Positions 46,134 through 56,910 of a DNA stretch of 64,000 nucleotides are shown here, piece by piece (position 1 is the first letter of the stretch; every line of letters begins with the position of its first letter). The DNA is from Naegleria gruberi (Eukaryota), in the NCBI GenBank assembly GCA_000004985.1, contig GG738851.1. One strand, given 5' to 3'. The notes below the pieces were generated by a model that made no database searches, had not been told where the DNA came from, and was given only the letters and a program-made list of their open reading frames with translations. A program made the position numbers and the translations under genes.

Positions 46134-49100
46134 TTATTTAAGCATGTAATAAAATCTAGAACCAACTTGATGAATATATCTCAATTGAGGAATTACTACC
46201 ATTAAGAAAATTCCAACCACTGGAATGATAATGGTCAAGTAGCACATCACCTCAAGAGAAGTAGTGGCCAACAATGTAATGAAAATCTGAGAGGCAGCAC
46301 ATGCAACGCACAAAATACTCGTTCTCATGAGCCAATTCTTGTAATAACTACTTCGCATTATGAGCGCAAACAAGTAGAGAAACAATGTTAATACTTCTCC
46401 AATATAGAGTGGTCCAAAAGTGTAGCCAATACCCTCGAATGAAAATCTAGTGTCTGGATGGTTATTCTCCTTTCCAACATTTTCTTCATTCGCAGTATCT
46501 TGATGATCCAAAAAGGCGGAGAATGCAACCAAAAACCAAACAAGCAAGAAACTCATTGCAGCTCCGTATGCAAGCAAGAAGGGAAAGTTTCGTATAGAGA
46601 TGACCCTTAATTGTCTCTTCATGGCTTCAGTTAAATCGTATGAAATGTATTTTCTGAACAAGTAGACAATACTATCCCAAATTGCAATGACGAATAATAA
46701 TCCTGAAATTATTGCTGCAACAAAATAAATAAAACATGGAATTGCAAAAACTCCAAACCATCCACTCACTTCAAATTGAATCATTAAAAAATCTAAAAGT
46801 GTCAAAATCATGACTGGCACGATGAACATTATTCCAATCAAATGGTAAAAGAATGAATGTGAGGTCAATTTCATTTGCAAACGTTTCATGTAAAAGAGTG
46901 TCTTGTCAGCTCCCGTGAGGCCGATTGAATTTTCCTCATAGAATTCTCTTGCAGGAGAGGGAGGATTGATCCAACTCTTAATCCATGCGAGGCAAAGTTG
47001 GAATTCATCCTCATTTTGTCGGGAGGGGAGTAGAGCTTCTGTATCTGTATTTCTTGGTGAGGTCATGTTATCAGGGTTGGAATGAGATGAACTCAACAAC
47101 TTGTTAATTCTCCTGTACAGAACAAAACTGGTAATCCAAACAGCAGTCCAAGTTGGTAAATAAATTACTAGAGACCAGACCCAAAATATCAAAGATGGTG
47201 TATAGTACATTGTTGAGGAAGAAGCAATAACTGGAATGGTAGTAAATATGTACATGAATAAGAAGGTGGTGGCTACAATGGTGCTAAGCATTTCTGGAAA
47301 GGTATTTCTTAGGAGGAATTTAATATTTTCCTTCTTTTCTGGTTTGTCATTCTCAACTATTTTCAGATTCACCAGTCTTTCGTATTCAAATTGTTGAATC
47401 TTTTTCATTTCAATGAATGTATCCTTGAAGAAGCGATACTTTTTAGAGTGAATGTTCAAATCTTTCAATTCTGGATCTTGTAATGATTTTCCATTTCTCT
47501 TCTTTTTACGTGTATTGGTAATTCTATTAGAAGAGAGGAGGTTGGATGGATCCTCTTCTTCCTCCAAACCATCATCATCGAAAATGTTTCTAATATCAAC
47601 CTTGGTTGACATTCTCTTTTGTTTCTTTCTTCTCTTCTTGGCACTATCAATAATATCTTGATTGATAGTGTGAGGAGATGGAATAACCTCAAATTCATCC
47701 TCTACATCTTGATTTTCAGCCAAAGGAGTGGTGGGTACAGCCTCACCAGGTGGTGTAACGGTATTTTGAGGTGCTTCCAATAATTGATTCTCTCCCTCTT
47801 CAGCAATATTGAAATCATCAGGTGGAGAATCTGTACTTTCCTTAATATCGTGACCGAGGAGAGTGTTCGATATTTTGTTTTGTGAAATGTGATGTTCCAA
47901 TTTTTCTGTCAGCGTGTCTGTGGTAGCAGTAATTTTTCTATCGATGGAATTCATAGTGGCCTTTACTGTATTTCTTACAGCACCAGCCCTCTTAGAAATA
48001 GCAGAGGTAAGTTTGGAGCTGAATTGATTGAGATGCTCCAGAGAAAATTGCTTATTGTTAGCCTGAACGACAGCGTCCATAAAAGTATCCTTATCTGGAA
48101 GTAAATAGTCACATAATACTTGAAGCTTCTTACGAATTTCCTCACGTCTTTGTGGTGAAGTGTAGTATGAGGATATCAACTTGTTCAGATCATTCTTATC
48201 AAAAGCTCTAAAGCTCACTGAAAATCTACTCAGATGGAGAAAGAGCATAATAGTTGCCAAGCTCCACATGTCATTATTACAAGAGGCAATGTGCCACTTT
48301 TTACATACTAGACTGATGTTTGCATTTCCTTGGTGAATCCAAATGTGTCTTCTCTTGGCATGATTTACCATAAACCTCTCACATCTATTCTTTAACTTGA
48401 TTTGCTCTTTAATCTTTTGCTTTTCCTTCTTTTTCTGTTCCTTTGAATAGTTGAGAACTTTTTTGGCTCCTTGTTTCACTGTATTGGCAGTAGAATCCTC
48501 CAATAAAATAGAAGAGTCATCCTTAGATTGACCAGAATCTGAGAAATTTTTAGAGAGAAGCAAGGAAATTGAGGGAACTGAAATACTTCTCTTTAGATTT
48601 TTAATTCTCTCAGTTGCACTCCCTACAATCCTATCAGTGTCCACAAACTTTTTATGTCCTAATCCAGCACTCAACCAATCAGAGGTTAATCCGTCATCCT
48701 CTTCAATTTCAAATTCTGAATAATACTTTTTACTATTCCTATTTTCACTTGAATTTTTTCTTTTAGGTATTGTCGGAGTTGTCAAGCTGCCACTCTTAGA
48801 CCCTTCCATCACTAAATCCTCCAATGAATGTGGAGCATTTCGTAACTTATTCCTAGCAGTATTGAGTGCAACCTCTGGATCCTCATCAAACTCCTCATCA
48901 TCCGATTCGGAATCCTCTTGTTCCTCCTTTTCATTTAATTGGTCACACAAGAATGAAAATATATGTGTCAATAATTTAACACTAAGATTATTGATATGTG
49001 GCATGTGTTCTGACAGATCCTTACTACTATCTTGTCTAATTTTGTTCAATTTTTTAACTCCAATCATTGGTATTTGAATGTGTGAAGATTCATAAACAGA

Positions 49101-49514
49101 GGAGGTTCCTATTGATGATGGGTGCTCCTCAATAATAATTTCCTCCGAGTGCATTTGTTGTTGCTGATGATTAATCCTTCCATTCGTTTGATTAGGATAA
49201 ATGAGTGTTGGTCTTGATCGAGCAGTAATTGGTGAAGAGAAAGGAATAGCATACGGATTATAATTACCAACCAATTCCTTCTCATCCATTGGTGTATCAA
49301 CCCAACCAATCTCCACTTGTTCATTCACTCCTCTAGAAGCACCACTAGAATTATTCAAACTGTTCGTACTACTTCCATTCCCTGTAAAGTTATTGTTAGA
49401 TAATTGAAGATGAGGAGGATATTTCTTTTTAATATTGAGAGTAAGTATTTGATCCTCTCCAACACCACTACCACCACTATTATTACTAGTTGTTGTATGA
49501 TGATTTTGTTCCAT
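46134..49514 (-). CDS. Large polytopic membrane protein (1126 aa; Asn/Ser/Glu-rich N-terminal half; C-terminal about 450 aa with about 10 predicted TM helices); function unknown
   Basis: Single exon from ATG 49514 (MEQNHHTTTSNNSGGSGVG…). The middle has acidic clusters, a leucine-rich segment (LSVKLLTHIFSFLCDQL) and K/R-rich stretches. Hydrophobic helices include IVATTFLFMYIFTTIPVIASS, LIFWVWSLVIYLPTWTAVWITSFVLY, FYHLIGIMFIVPVMILTLLDFLMI, GWFGVFAIPCFIYFVAAIISGLLFVIAIW, FPFLLAYGAAMSFLLVWFLVAFSAF, VLTLFLYLFALIM, ILCVACAASQIFITLLATT and LTIIIPVVGIFLMVVIP. Confidence 0.7.
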   Translation of the reverse strand: MEQNHHTTTSNNSGGSGVGEDQILTLNIKKKYPPHLQLSNNNFTGNGSSTNSLNNSSGASRGVNEQVEIGWVDTPMDEKELVGNYNPYAIPFSSPITARSRPTLIYPNQTNGRINHQQQQMHSEEIIIEEHPSSIGTSSVYESSHIQIPMIGVKKLNKIRQDSSKDLSEHMPHINNLSVKLLTHIFSFLCDQLNEKEEQEDSESDDEEFDEDPEVALNTARNKLRNAPHSLEDLVMEGSKSGSLTTPTIPKRKNSSENRNSKKYYSEFEIEEDDGLTSDWLSAGLGHKKFVDTDRIVGSATERIKNLKRSISVPSISLLLSKNFSDSGQSKDDSSILLEDSTANTVKQGAKKVLNYSKEQKKKEKQKIKEQIKLKNRCERFMVNHAKRRHIWIHQGNANISLVCKKWHIASCNNDMWSLATIMLFLHLSRFSVSFRAFDKNDLNKLISSYYTSPQRREEIRKKLQVLCDYLLPDKDTFMDAVVQANNKQFSLEHLNQFSSKLTSAISKRAGAVRNTVKATMNSIDRKITATTDTLTEKLEHHISQNKISNTLLGHDIKESTDSPPDDFNIAEEGENQLLEAPQNTVTPPGEAVPTTPLAENQDVEDEFEVIPSPHTINQDIIDSAKKRRKKQKRMSTKVDIRNIFDDDGLEEEEDPSNLLSSNRITNTRKKKRNGKSLQDPELKDLNIHSKKYRFFKDTFIEMKKIQQFEYERLVNLKIVENDKPEKKENIKFLLRNTFPEMLSTIVATTFLFMYIFTTIPVIASSSTMYYTPSLIFWVWSLVIYLPTWTAVWITSFVLYRRINKLLSSSHSNPDNMTSPRNTDTEALLPSRQNEDEFQLCLAWIKSWINPPSPAREFYEENSIGLTGADKTLFYMKRLQMKLTSHSFFYHLIGIMFIVPVMILTLLDFLMIQFEVSGWFGVFAIPCFIYFVAAIISGLLFVIAIWDSIVYLFRKYISYDLTEAMKRQLRVISIRNFPFLLAYGAAMSFLLVWFLVAFSAFLDHQDTANEENVGKENNHPDTRFSFEGIGYTFGPLYIGEVLTLFLYLFALIMRSSYYKNWLMRTSILCVACAASQIFITLLATTSLEVMCYLTIIIPVVGIFLMVVIPQLRYIHQVGSRFYYMLK

Positions 49515-49941
49515 TTCAAAAGATCATCAAAACACTCTGATCCGAAACTTGTACAAATATCGAATTTCCTGTTCGCTTTGTTTTAATAATTATATTAATT
49601 TAAAAACAATTTTACAATCAAGTCTTTGTGGGTAATGATGAATGGGATAATTTTTTAAGTGATAAATCCAGTTAAAGGGTGATGAAGATTTTCTTAACGG
49701 TAACAATTGTTGTGAAATTTGAATCATTTTCGAAGGTTCTGGAAGAGAATATTCATTGAGAACAGATATCTAATGGGTGTTTGGGAAATATTCTCGAGTT
49801 GTACAAGATGAATTTGCTCAATGAATATCAATTTATTCTGGTTGGAAAGTTCTTGCTTGATTGAGTGTTACATTATTTCAGTTGAATATTGTTCATTTTC
49901 AAAATTTACTACTAAAAGTCCTAATAATACCATTCAAAAAA

Positions 49942-50778
49942 ATGAGTTCATTTGATTTACTGCTTTTAGATGAATCTGAAATTGAAACGAAAGTTCTATC
50001 AAAGAAGGCTTTGAAAAAACTGCAACGGAAAGGAAATCAATTAAATCATTCATCAAACTCGGAAAATGAATTGAAGAAATTGCACGAAAATGATGGAGTT
50101 TGGTTCACCATTATTGAGTTTTTGAGTATGAATGAAATCATGCTCACTATTGTGGTACTTTCAAGAAGAGATTCGAATATTGTAGATTCGCAATGGTGCC
50201 AATCTACTCTCCTCACGAGAGGTATGGAACTATTTCACACACTCTCATCAAAGGATTGGAATTCTACTTTAAACTCCCTTGATCACAAACAATACTTTGG
50301 TAACTTGAGAAAATATGAAAAAAAAGCCAAACGAAAGAAACAACCCATTGAAGATAATGATGAAACTAATTTGGAAAGGAAGAAAATATTCAAACGATTG
50401 TATCTGAAATTGAGAGAGGAACATAATAATCGAATGTTGACACTTCACAATTCCAATCAAGCCATCAGATCTGAAATCCAAGCTGAATTTCAAAATTTGA
50501 GAAGTGTGTGGTCCTCTTTGATAACAAATCGATTCGAATGTTTTCATGATGAATTCAAAATTGAAGATTCAATAAGTGATGAGGAGAAACAAAAAATTAC
50601 ATATGATTTAGGATCTTACTATCGATTCACATGCAAAAAGTGTGGAATAGTTGCCATTTCTAACTATATGCCCGTATTTGGTGGGACCAGATTCATTACT
50701 CCTAGAGGCTTCGGTTTTAGAAGACAATGGAGGCCTGATAATCAAGAATTCAAATTATTGAACATTTTCAATGTTTGA
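49942..50778 (+). CDS. F-box-like domain protein (hypothetical), ATG at 49942
   Basis: MSSFDLLLLDESEIE…, with an F-box-like hydrophobic signature (WFTIIEFLSMNEIMLTIVVLSRRD). The C-terminus has CxxC (CKKCGIVAISNYMPVFGG). The track start at 49861 is upstream and non-ATG. Confidence 0.55.
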   Translation: MSSFDLLLLDESEIETKVLSKKALKKLQRKGNQLNHSSNSENELKKLHENDGVWFTIIEFLSMNEIMLTIVVLSRRDSNIVDSQWCQSTLLTRGMELFHTLSSKDWNSTLNSLDHKQYFGNLRKYEKKAKRKKQPIEDNDETNLERKKIFKRLYLKLREEHNNRMLTLHNSNQAIRSEIQAEFQNLRSVWSSLITNRFECFHDEFKIEDSISDEEKQKITYDLGSYYRFTCKKCGIVAISNYMPVFGGTRFITPRGFGFRRQWRPDNQEFKLLNIFNV

Positions 50779-50867
50779 TGTTGATGATGATGTAGTTGAT
50801 GATGGTGCCATTTTTTTTATCAGCTCTCGCATTACATTGTCTGACAACATTTTTTCTTTCAATAAAA

Positions 50868-51314
50868 ATGTGTAATAATAGTATTTGTATTTGTAATATT
50901 AAACAAAGCATAAATATTCATAAACAAATCTTACAAGAAAAAATAAATAAAATCATTAAACAAAATAACAAAACTAATAAGCGGAAGAAATATAATAAAA
51001 TTAAATTAGAAAAGGATATTAATTTTAAAATTGGTAGTCTTAATAATTTTAATGATGAAATTATAATGGGAAAGAATGATGATGAAGAGAATAATGAAGA
51101 GAATAATAATGAAGAATCGGATGAATTGGATGATTTTGAAGAATTAAATAAATTAGATGAAAAAGAAGACTCTAAATTAAATATTAATATTAATGATAAT
51201 AATTATTTTAATTGTATTAAAAATAATATTCCAAATTGTAAATATGAAGATAATAAGGTGTCCAAAGAAAATGTGACAAAAAGCCAAGAAAAAGAAAATA
51301 ACCTTTTGAATTGA
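50868..51314 (+). CDS. Asn/Lys/Glu-rich low-complexity ORF in an extremely AT-rich island (doubtful gene)
   Basis: MCNNSICICNIKQSINIHKQILQEKINKIIKQNNKTNKRKKYNKIKLEKDINFKIGSLNNFNDEIIMGKNDDEENNEENNNEESDELDD…. Region 50860..51300 is dominated by AAT/ATA runs. It could be translated low-complexity protein or an AT-rich spacer that happens to be open. Confidence 0.25.
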   Translation: MCNNSICICNIKQSINIHKQILQEKINKIIKQNNKTNKRKKYNKIKLEKDINFKIGSLNNFNDEIIMGKNDDEENNEENNNEESDELDDFEELNKLDEKEDSKLNININDNNYFNCIKNNIPNCKYEDNKVSKENVTKSQEKENNLLN

Positions 51315-51343
51315 AATTAGTTACCGTTACAAATAATAAAAAA

Positions 51344-51916
51344 ATGTTTGTTTTGAAATCAGCCATAAAACCTCATCATTCGTTACTGTTAAATAATTGT
51401 GCCATTTTGCTTGGGATCGTTCTTGTATTGATAATAATGACAAGTGTTTCAGTGATCTGTTCTTCTAACAATCCGAACCATATCCCGAATCAGCAAGAAA
51501 ATACTTCATCAAATCAACAAGAAGAACCAACAACCAAAGACAATTTTTGGAGCCTTTCATTGAAGAACAAACTATTAAAGTATGCCAACACTGTCCAATC
51601 TGGCTTTCAAAAAGTACTCTCATCATCACTAGTAGAAAAGATCAAGGGAAAATCAAAAAAGCTTTCCGAACATTCGAAGAATTTACTCAAGACATTGAAA
51701 AACAAATCAAAACAAGCCCTTCATAGGAGCAAAGACATTGTCAAGGAACAATTTACCAAGTTGAAACAATCTACACCTGCCCAAAAGATTAAGAAACTTT
51801 CAAAGAAGGCTCTGAGAAAGCTTTTAGATCATTTAGATTTAATTCCACCTTCCGAAAAGAATTCCCATCCAAACGATGAAGAAGAGGAAGATAGAGTAAT
51901 TACAGTTCTCAAGTAG
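51344..51916 (+). CDS. Small single-pass membrane protein with Lys-rich tail (hypothetical), ATG at 51344
   Basis: MFVLKSAIKPHHSLLLNNCAILLGIVLVLIIMTSVSVICSSNN (one TM helix), followed by a K/S-rich helical-looking tail (…KIKGKSKKLSEHSKNLLKTLKNKSKQALHRSKDIVKEQFTKLKQ…). Confidence 0.45.
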   Translation: MFVLKSAIKPHHSLLLNNCAILLGIVLVLIIMTSVSVICSSNNPNHIPNQQENTSSNQQEEPTTKDNFWSLSLKNKLLKYANTVQSGFQKVLSSSLVEKIKGKSKKLSEHSKNLLKTLKNKSKQALHRSKDIVKEQFTKLKQSTPAQKIKKLSKKALRKLLDHLDLIPPSEKNSHPNDEEEEDRVITVLK

Positions 51917-52239
51917 TTGTGTCGATGACTCGAATCTATGAATTTCAATACTCGAACAGAAAACATTCAATTTATTGCAACAGTCAAAGCATTTTAAAAT
52001 TAAGGCAAGATTTGAGAAGTTTCAATCAACACTGTGATACCGTACGTGAACAGCTACAATGACCCAGTAAATAGGAAGCTCTAAAGTTATTTAATTCCTA
52101 CCAACAAAAGGGCGAAAAACTTTCCAAGTCAATTCTCAACCTTCCACAAGAAGATTCTCTGTTTCCAAACTCAATAAAACAGAACAACAACAATAATAAT
52201 TCAGGCAGGTGGAACGTGACTAATATTATCATTATTACC

Positions 52240-54413
52240 ATGTCCCATTATCATCATCATCACGGAAGACATGATGGATCTATGTATCATAGTCAGTATC
52301 ATCAAATTCCTAATCAAGAAAACATTGCACCACAAAGTAATAATAATAACCAACAACAACTTCATCCAATTCTAGAACAACAACAACCAGTAGTAGTGGT
52401 CGATAATTATCACAGCCATCCACCTCATAGTCATTCCCACATTCCTCTCGTTTCCGTCCCAACCTATTGCTCTCATAATGGTCATTCAATGAATAATGAG
52501 GCAATCTATCACTATCATCCACATCATCAGACTCACGATTTAATTAATCATCACAATACAAATAATAGTAACAACACAACAAACAATTTAAATTTGAATT
52601 TGAATAATAATACAAATAATTTAAATAATAATATACTAATAGATGAATCATCTCCTCACATTGTTAATAATAATATTCCTTCCTTTAATTGTTCATCATG
52701 TCCAACAACGACAAGCTCAAACTTGGCGTTTCATCATCACTCTCATATGAATAATAATAATTCAACTAGCAATAATAATACAGTTAGTAGTAATAGTAAT
52801 AATAAGAAACGTAAATTATCAATGACTGATATTGAATCAGCCAATTCTTCATGTACGACAACGAGTAACACAACTTCAATGATTACAACTTCATCCTCCT
52901 ATGAATTGGAAAGTATTCCTACGAGATTATTTATGGGAGAATGCATTCGAGTAAAGATAAGGGAAATTCCTGGTATTATGGATCAGTTCAGACAAATGTT
53001 TGAACAACATGAAGTGAGTTTACAGAATTTGACAGTTTGCTTTCAGAAAGAGGGACTTTTTAATTTTCAGTTACCTTGCTTTTTGGAGGGAAATGATTGC
53101 ATTGTGTTTTCTGTACCTAAGAGAGAGGTCTTTCTTCCATATTTTCAAAATTGGGAAGGCTCAATGACTTTACATCATTGTGCTGTAACAATTTCAGCTA
53201 GGAGTCCAGTTCCAAATGGTGGAGATTGTATCATGATATTAATGCACCAGAGTTGTTGCTCAATTGTGTGTTTGGAGACTAGTGACATGTTAAATTTTGT
53301 TTCGAAATGTTTTAGTGAACCTAAGAGATTGAAACACTTGTTATTGACTGTGAAGGAGAGGTATACAGATGAATTTGGAGCCATGTTACACACTGAGGAT
53401 GAGTGTCCACTAACAGAACCAATGAGGAGTAATTTGAAAATAGTTAAAGAGCTCGGAAAGGGATCAAATGGATTTGTCTATCTTGTGGAAAAGAGAAAAT
53501 CTGCTACAACAGATTTATGGAAAAATTCAAAGAAACTTGCATTGAAACAATCCTTCTCGTCGAATCCGACTCGAGTTCAGGATTATATTGCAGTGGTATG
53601 TTGAAGTATTGAATCAACGACATGTTGATTTTCTTTTTTACTATAATTGAAAAACAGCACAAAGCAATGAAGGATCTATCGAGAGGTGAAACAGAATCCA
53701 ATGTGATTCAAATTTATGAAATTCAAAGTGTTACAGTTGAAGAGTCCAATACTCATATTTCTGAAATTCTAATGGAAAAATGTGAATATGATTTGGGAAG
53801 ATATTGCAGAAGATATTTCAAGTCTTGCCTTACAGTGGAAACTCTGAAATCTCTAATTCACATTTTGAATCAAACAGTGAATGGAATACGCATGATTCAC
53901 AATTCTGGATATTGTCATTTAGATATCAAAGAGGGAAATATCATGTTGAATAGGGAAAAAATTGTCAAGATTATTGATTTTGATTTTTCTATTGCCAAGA
54001 ATGTGCCAATTTCATCAAAGAGAGGCACCCCACTCTATCTGTCACCAGAGATGGTCCATATTAAGGAAGTCTCTAAACCTATTGACAAGTCTGATATTTG
54101 GAGTTTGGGTGTTGTACTTTTAAATGTTATGAGAGTAATTCAAGGTTTGAAAAAATTTGAGGTTGCATCTATTGCTTCAAAGGATTTACTTGTAGAAGAT
54201 GATGATTCTATACTCATTTTGGGAAATGCCAAAGATCAACAATCAATAGATACGATAATCACAAAAGTTTTTGATACTTCTAAACAATCTATAGATTCAC
54301 AAGTATCAATATTGATGAAAGTATTGGAAAATTTAGCAAGAGGAATGCTGCAAGTTGATTATGATAAGCGTTATTCTATTGAGGACTTGTGGAGTGCTCT
54401 TCTAAAAAATTAA
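52240..54413 (+). CDS. Protein kinase with His-, Asn-, Gln-rich N-terminal low-complexity region; 2 exons: join(52240..53595,53658..54413)
   Basis: ATG 52240 (MSHYHHHHGRHDG…; the track start is GTG). Asn-rich tracts (NNSNNTTNNLNLNLNNNTNNLNNN) are present. The kinase subdomains are LGKGSNGFVYLVEK (Gly loop), LALKQ (VAIK-like), then a 62-nt GTATGT…AACAG intron (53596..53657), then HLDIKEGNIML (catalytic loop, HxD), KIIDFDFS (DFG variant), GTPLYLSPEM (APE) and DIWSLGVV. Confidence 0.8.
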
Positions 54414-54468
54414 TTGGACTCTAGGCCATTAAAAACATGCAGCAAAATGCGGGTTGTCTAACCATCAT

Positions 54469-56181
54469 TTATTCTCGAGGTGTGACTGGTGTTTGGAATA
54501 TTGAACAGGAAATCGACTTTTTCATTTCTTCGCATCTGTTGAAATGATCCTTGACCGCTTTGCTTATTCTTTTCAAGTGGCCAAGTTTGGAAATACCAAT
54601 CTTTTTGTAATCTTCGGTAGTAAAGTCTTGAATTTGTCCTAGAGTTTCAAGTTTCTTCTTTTTAAACTTCTTCCAACATTCTTTCATGTCAATCTTGGAA
54701 AGCAGTGATTCTATTGAGGAATTTTCTGGGCAGAATGCTTCCGCATCATGCTTTTCAATCACTTTCTGTAGGAGCAAGTCTCTGTAATCATCTGTGCGTT
54801 TGAATTGAGGGAAAATTTCGTTTTTAAATTGGAGAGAAATGGTAATGTAGAGTTGATCAAGACACTCTGAAAATTTTTCATACATTGATTGCGCTGTCTT
54901 TTCATTAAATTCTTGTGAAATGAGCTCCTTGTAGAGCTGGGAAAATTTATCCCTTATTGTGTGATCAACATTGATGCAATGAGTGCTGTCTATGGAGATG
55001 AACTGAATGTGAACGAGTTGGAATTCTTTCATTTTCAAAAATTCACAAGATAGACTTGTTGCATTGGTAGCAGAGATAAGATTAGTAACTCTAGGTGATT
55101 CAACAGGTGTTCCATCAGTGTTGCTCTCTGTTGGATTGGAACTCTGTTTGCATTGTGCTGCGTTAATTTTCTTAAAGGTCCTAACTACTTCCAGATAGAG
55201 AAGCAATTCTTCATTACATCTCTTCTTCATGAATTCTCTGACCAATTTTCTACCATCCATATCATCAATGAGGGTTTCGATATTGTTAAAGTTATTGATT
55301 ATTTTAGTGGTTTCATCAAAGTCTGAGGTTGAACTCTTTGTCGGCTCCTCAATCAACTCGTCGAATGCTTGGCTTTCAAGTTCTGGAGCAGAATGACTCT
55401 TTGATTTGAGAGAACTGACCGATTTTGATCTTGTGTACTTGCTACCAAGGTAGAAATCATCATCAGCAAACGTTGATCCTTTCGAAACAAACAAATCCAG
55501 TTTGTTTTTCAAAAGTCCAGTGGCTCCATTACTCAATCGTTTCAAACTCTTTGGCGTTGAGAATACACTCGAGAATGTACCATCATTCGTTTCAGTTGGT
55601 GATGGAGCAGATCTAATACTTATTCCAGACACGTTAGTCATAAATTCTGACTCATTGTCTTGCTCTTTCTTAGGGGAAGATTTTACAAAAATATAATTGA
55701 CCTCGCTTGTGTCAGTATTCTTCTTTACATTGGTTGTGATAGCTGGTGATGCTGGAGAGCCACAAGGAGTGCTTCCTTTCGATGAGGGATTTGATCTTAA
55801 TGCATCTCCAACAATGAGAGCTGCCTGATCTAAATAATTTTCCCAAGCATCCAAGTTTATAGAAGCTCTTGCAGATAATGATTGGGAATATCGTTTGGAA
55901 AATCGTCTTGATCTATCTTGTTCCCTTGTTTGAGTTGACTCTTGAGGAAGAAAGGTATTATCATTAGTGGAATCTTGACCTGGAGTTGCATTGTCGAAAT
56001 TCAATGAATTGACACTGTACTGATTATTTACAATATTACTAGTATTGCTTTTGTTTTTGATGAATGTTCCAATGGATGAAGCGACAGACTGGTCTGCTTC
56101 TGAAAAATTGCTTCTCAGAGGCATGTTAAGAGGTCTTTCGAATAGGTTGTATGATGACGATTCAGAATAGAACAATGGCAT
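54469..56181 (-). CDS. RGS-domain protein with C-terminal SAM domain (regulator of G-protein signalling-like), single exon
   Basis: ATG 56181. The N-terminus is Ser/Asn-rich. The RGS-like region is …DGRKLVREFMKKRCNEELLLYLEVVRTFKK…EFLKMKEFQLVHIQ…DKFSQLYKELISQEF…MYEKFSECLDQLYITISLQFKNEIFPQFKRTDDYRDLLL. The C-terminal SAM-like helix bundle is LETLGQIQDFTTEDYKKIGISKLGHLKRISKAVKDHF. Confidence 0.7.
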   Translation of the reverse strand: MPLFYSESSSYNLFERPLNMPLRSNFSEADQSVASSIGTFIKNKSNTSNIVNNQYSVNSLNFDNATPGQDSTNDNTFLPQESTQTREQDRSRRFSKRYSQSLSARASINLDAWENYLDQAALIVGDALRSNPSSKGSTPCGSPASPAITTNVKKNTDTSEVNYIFVKSSPKKEQDNESEFMTNVSGISIRSAPSPTETNDGTFSSVFSTPKSLKRLSNGATGLLKNKLDLFVSKGSTFADDDFYLGSKYTRSKSVSSLKSKSHSAPELESQAFDELIEEPTKSSTSDFDETTKIINNFNNIETLIDDMDGRKLVREFMKKRCNEELLLYLEVVRTFKKINAAQCKQSSNPTESNTDGTPVESPRVTNLISATNATSLSCEFLKMKEFQLVHIQFISIDSTHCINVDHTIRDKFSQLYKELISQEFNEKTAQSMYEKFSECLDQLYITISLQFKNEIFPQFKRTDDYRDLLLQKVIEKHDAEAFCPENSSIESLLSKIDMKECWKKFKKKKLETLGQIQDFTTEDYKKIGISKLGHLKRISKAVKDHFNRCEEMKKSISCSIFQTPVTPRE

Positions 56182-56910
56182 ACCTTTTTTTTCAGTATGT
56201 TATATTGGTTGAGGATGATTCGAACAAATTTCAACACAATATTGACAGTTCAAAGAATCCTCAAGTTGTATGCAGTCAATTCAATCCACAAAAGTTTTTA
56301 TATTCCCAATACGGAAATTCAATTGCTTCAAAAAACTTGTTATAATCTTCACTAATAGACACTCTATTACCAAACAATGAATTCGATATCGTGACTTGAC
56401 AACCAGTTTAAAACTCTTCAATATACTGACTGTCGTAATTGGGAATAAAAGCACGATCGCGATGAACGTAGCAGCAGACAATGCCTCAATACAACGTTGC
56501 GCCTTTTTTTTTGATTTGAAAATACTGTAGATGGAAGTATTTTGGCGGAGATTGGCAATGTAAATACTGAAGATATCAGTGGAAATCAAAATTTTGTTAT
56601 ATGGAAAGAGGAAAGGTTGACTTGGATTGGGAATGGCATATCCGAAAGGTTGTTGAAAGAGAAATGCATTATTGAGATTTATGGTTGTATACATTCGTTT
56701 GTCAATACATTACAATTCGCAAAGATGAACTCTGTCTTGGCTATTATTTAATTATGAAAAGCAAGAAGGCAATACTATTTGCATTTCATTGTATTGATTG
56801 AATTCAGTTGGTCGGTTATTTAATATAGAGAACTGTTCTACCCTTAAATCTTTATCTCTTTCATCAAATATGAGTTTATCATCCAATCTTTGCAATTAGA
56901 TAAATAAAAA

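Noticed and set aside
56182-56910. Intergenic ORFs 56151..56345 (+), 56281..56694 (-) and 56542..56751 (+) between the RGS-SAM and Kelch genes.
   Set aside because: They are mutually overlapping, low-complexity and mostly non-ATG starts. More likely promoter or UTR sequence than genes.
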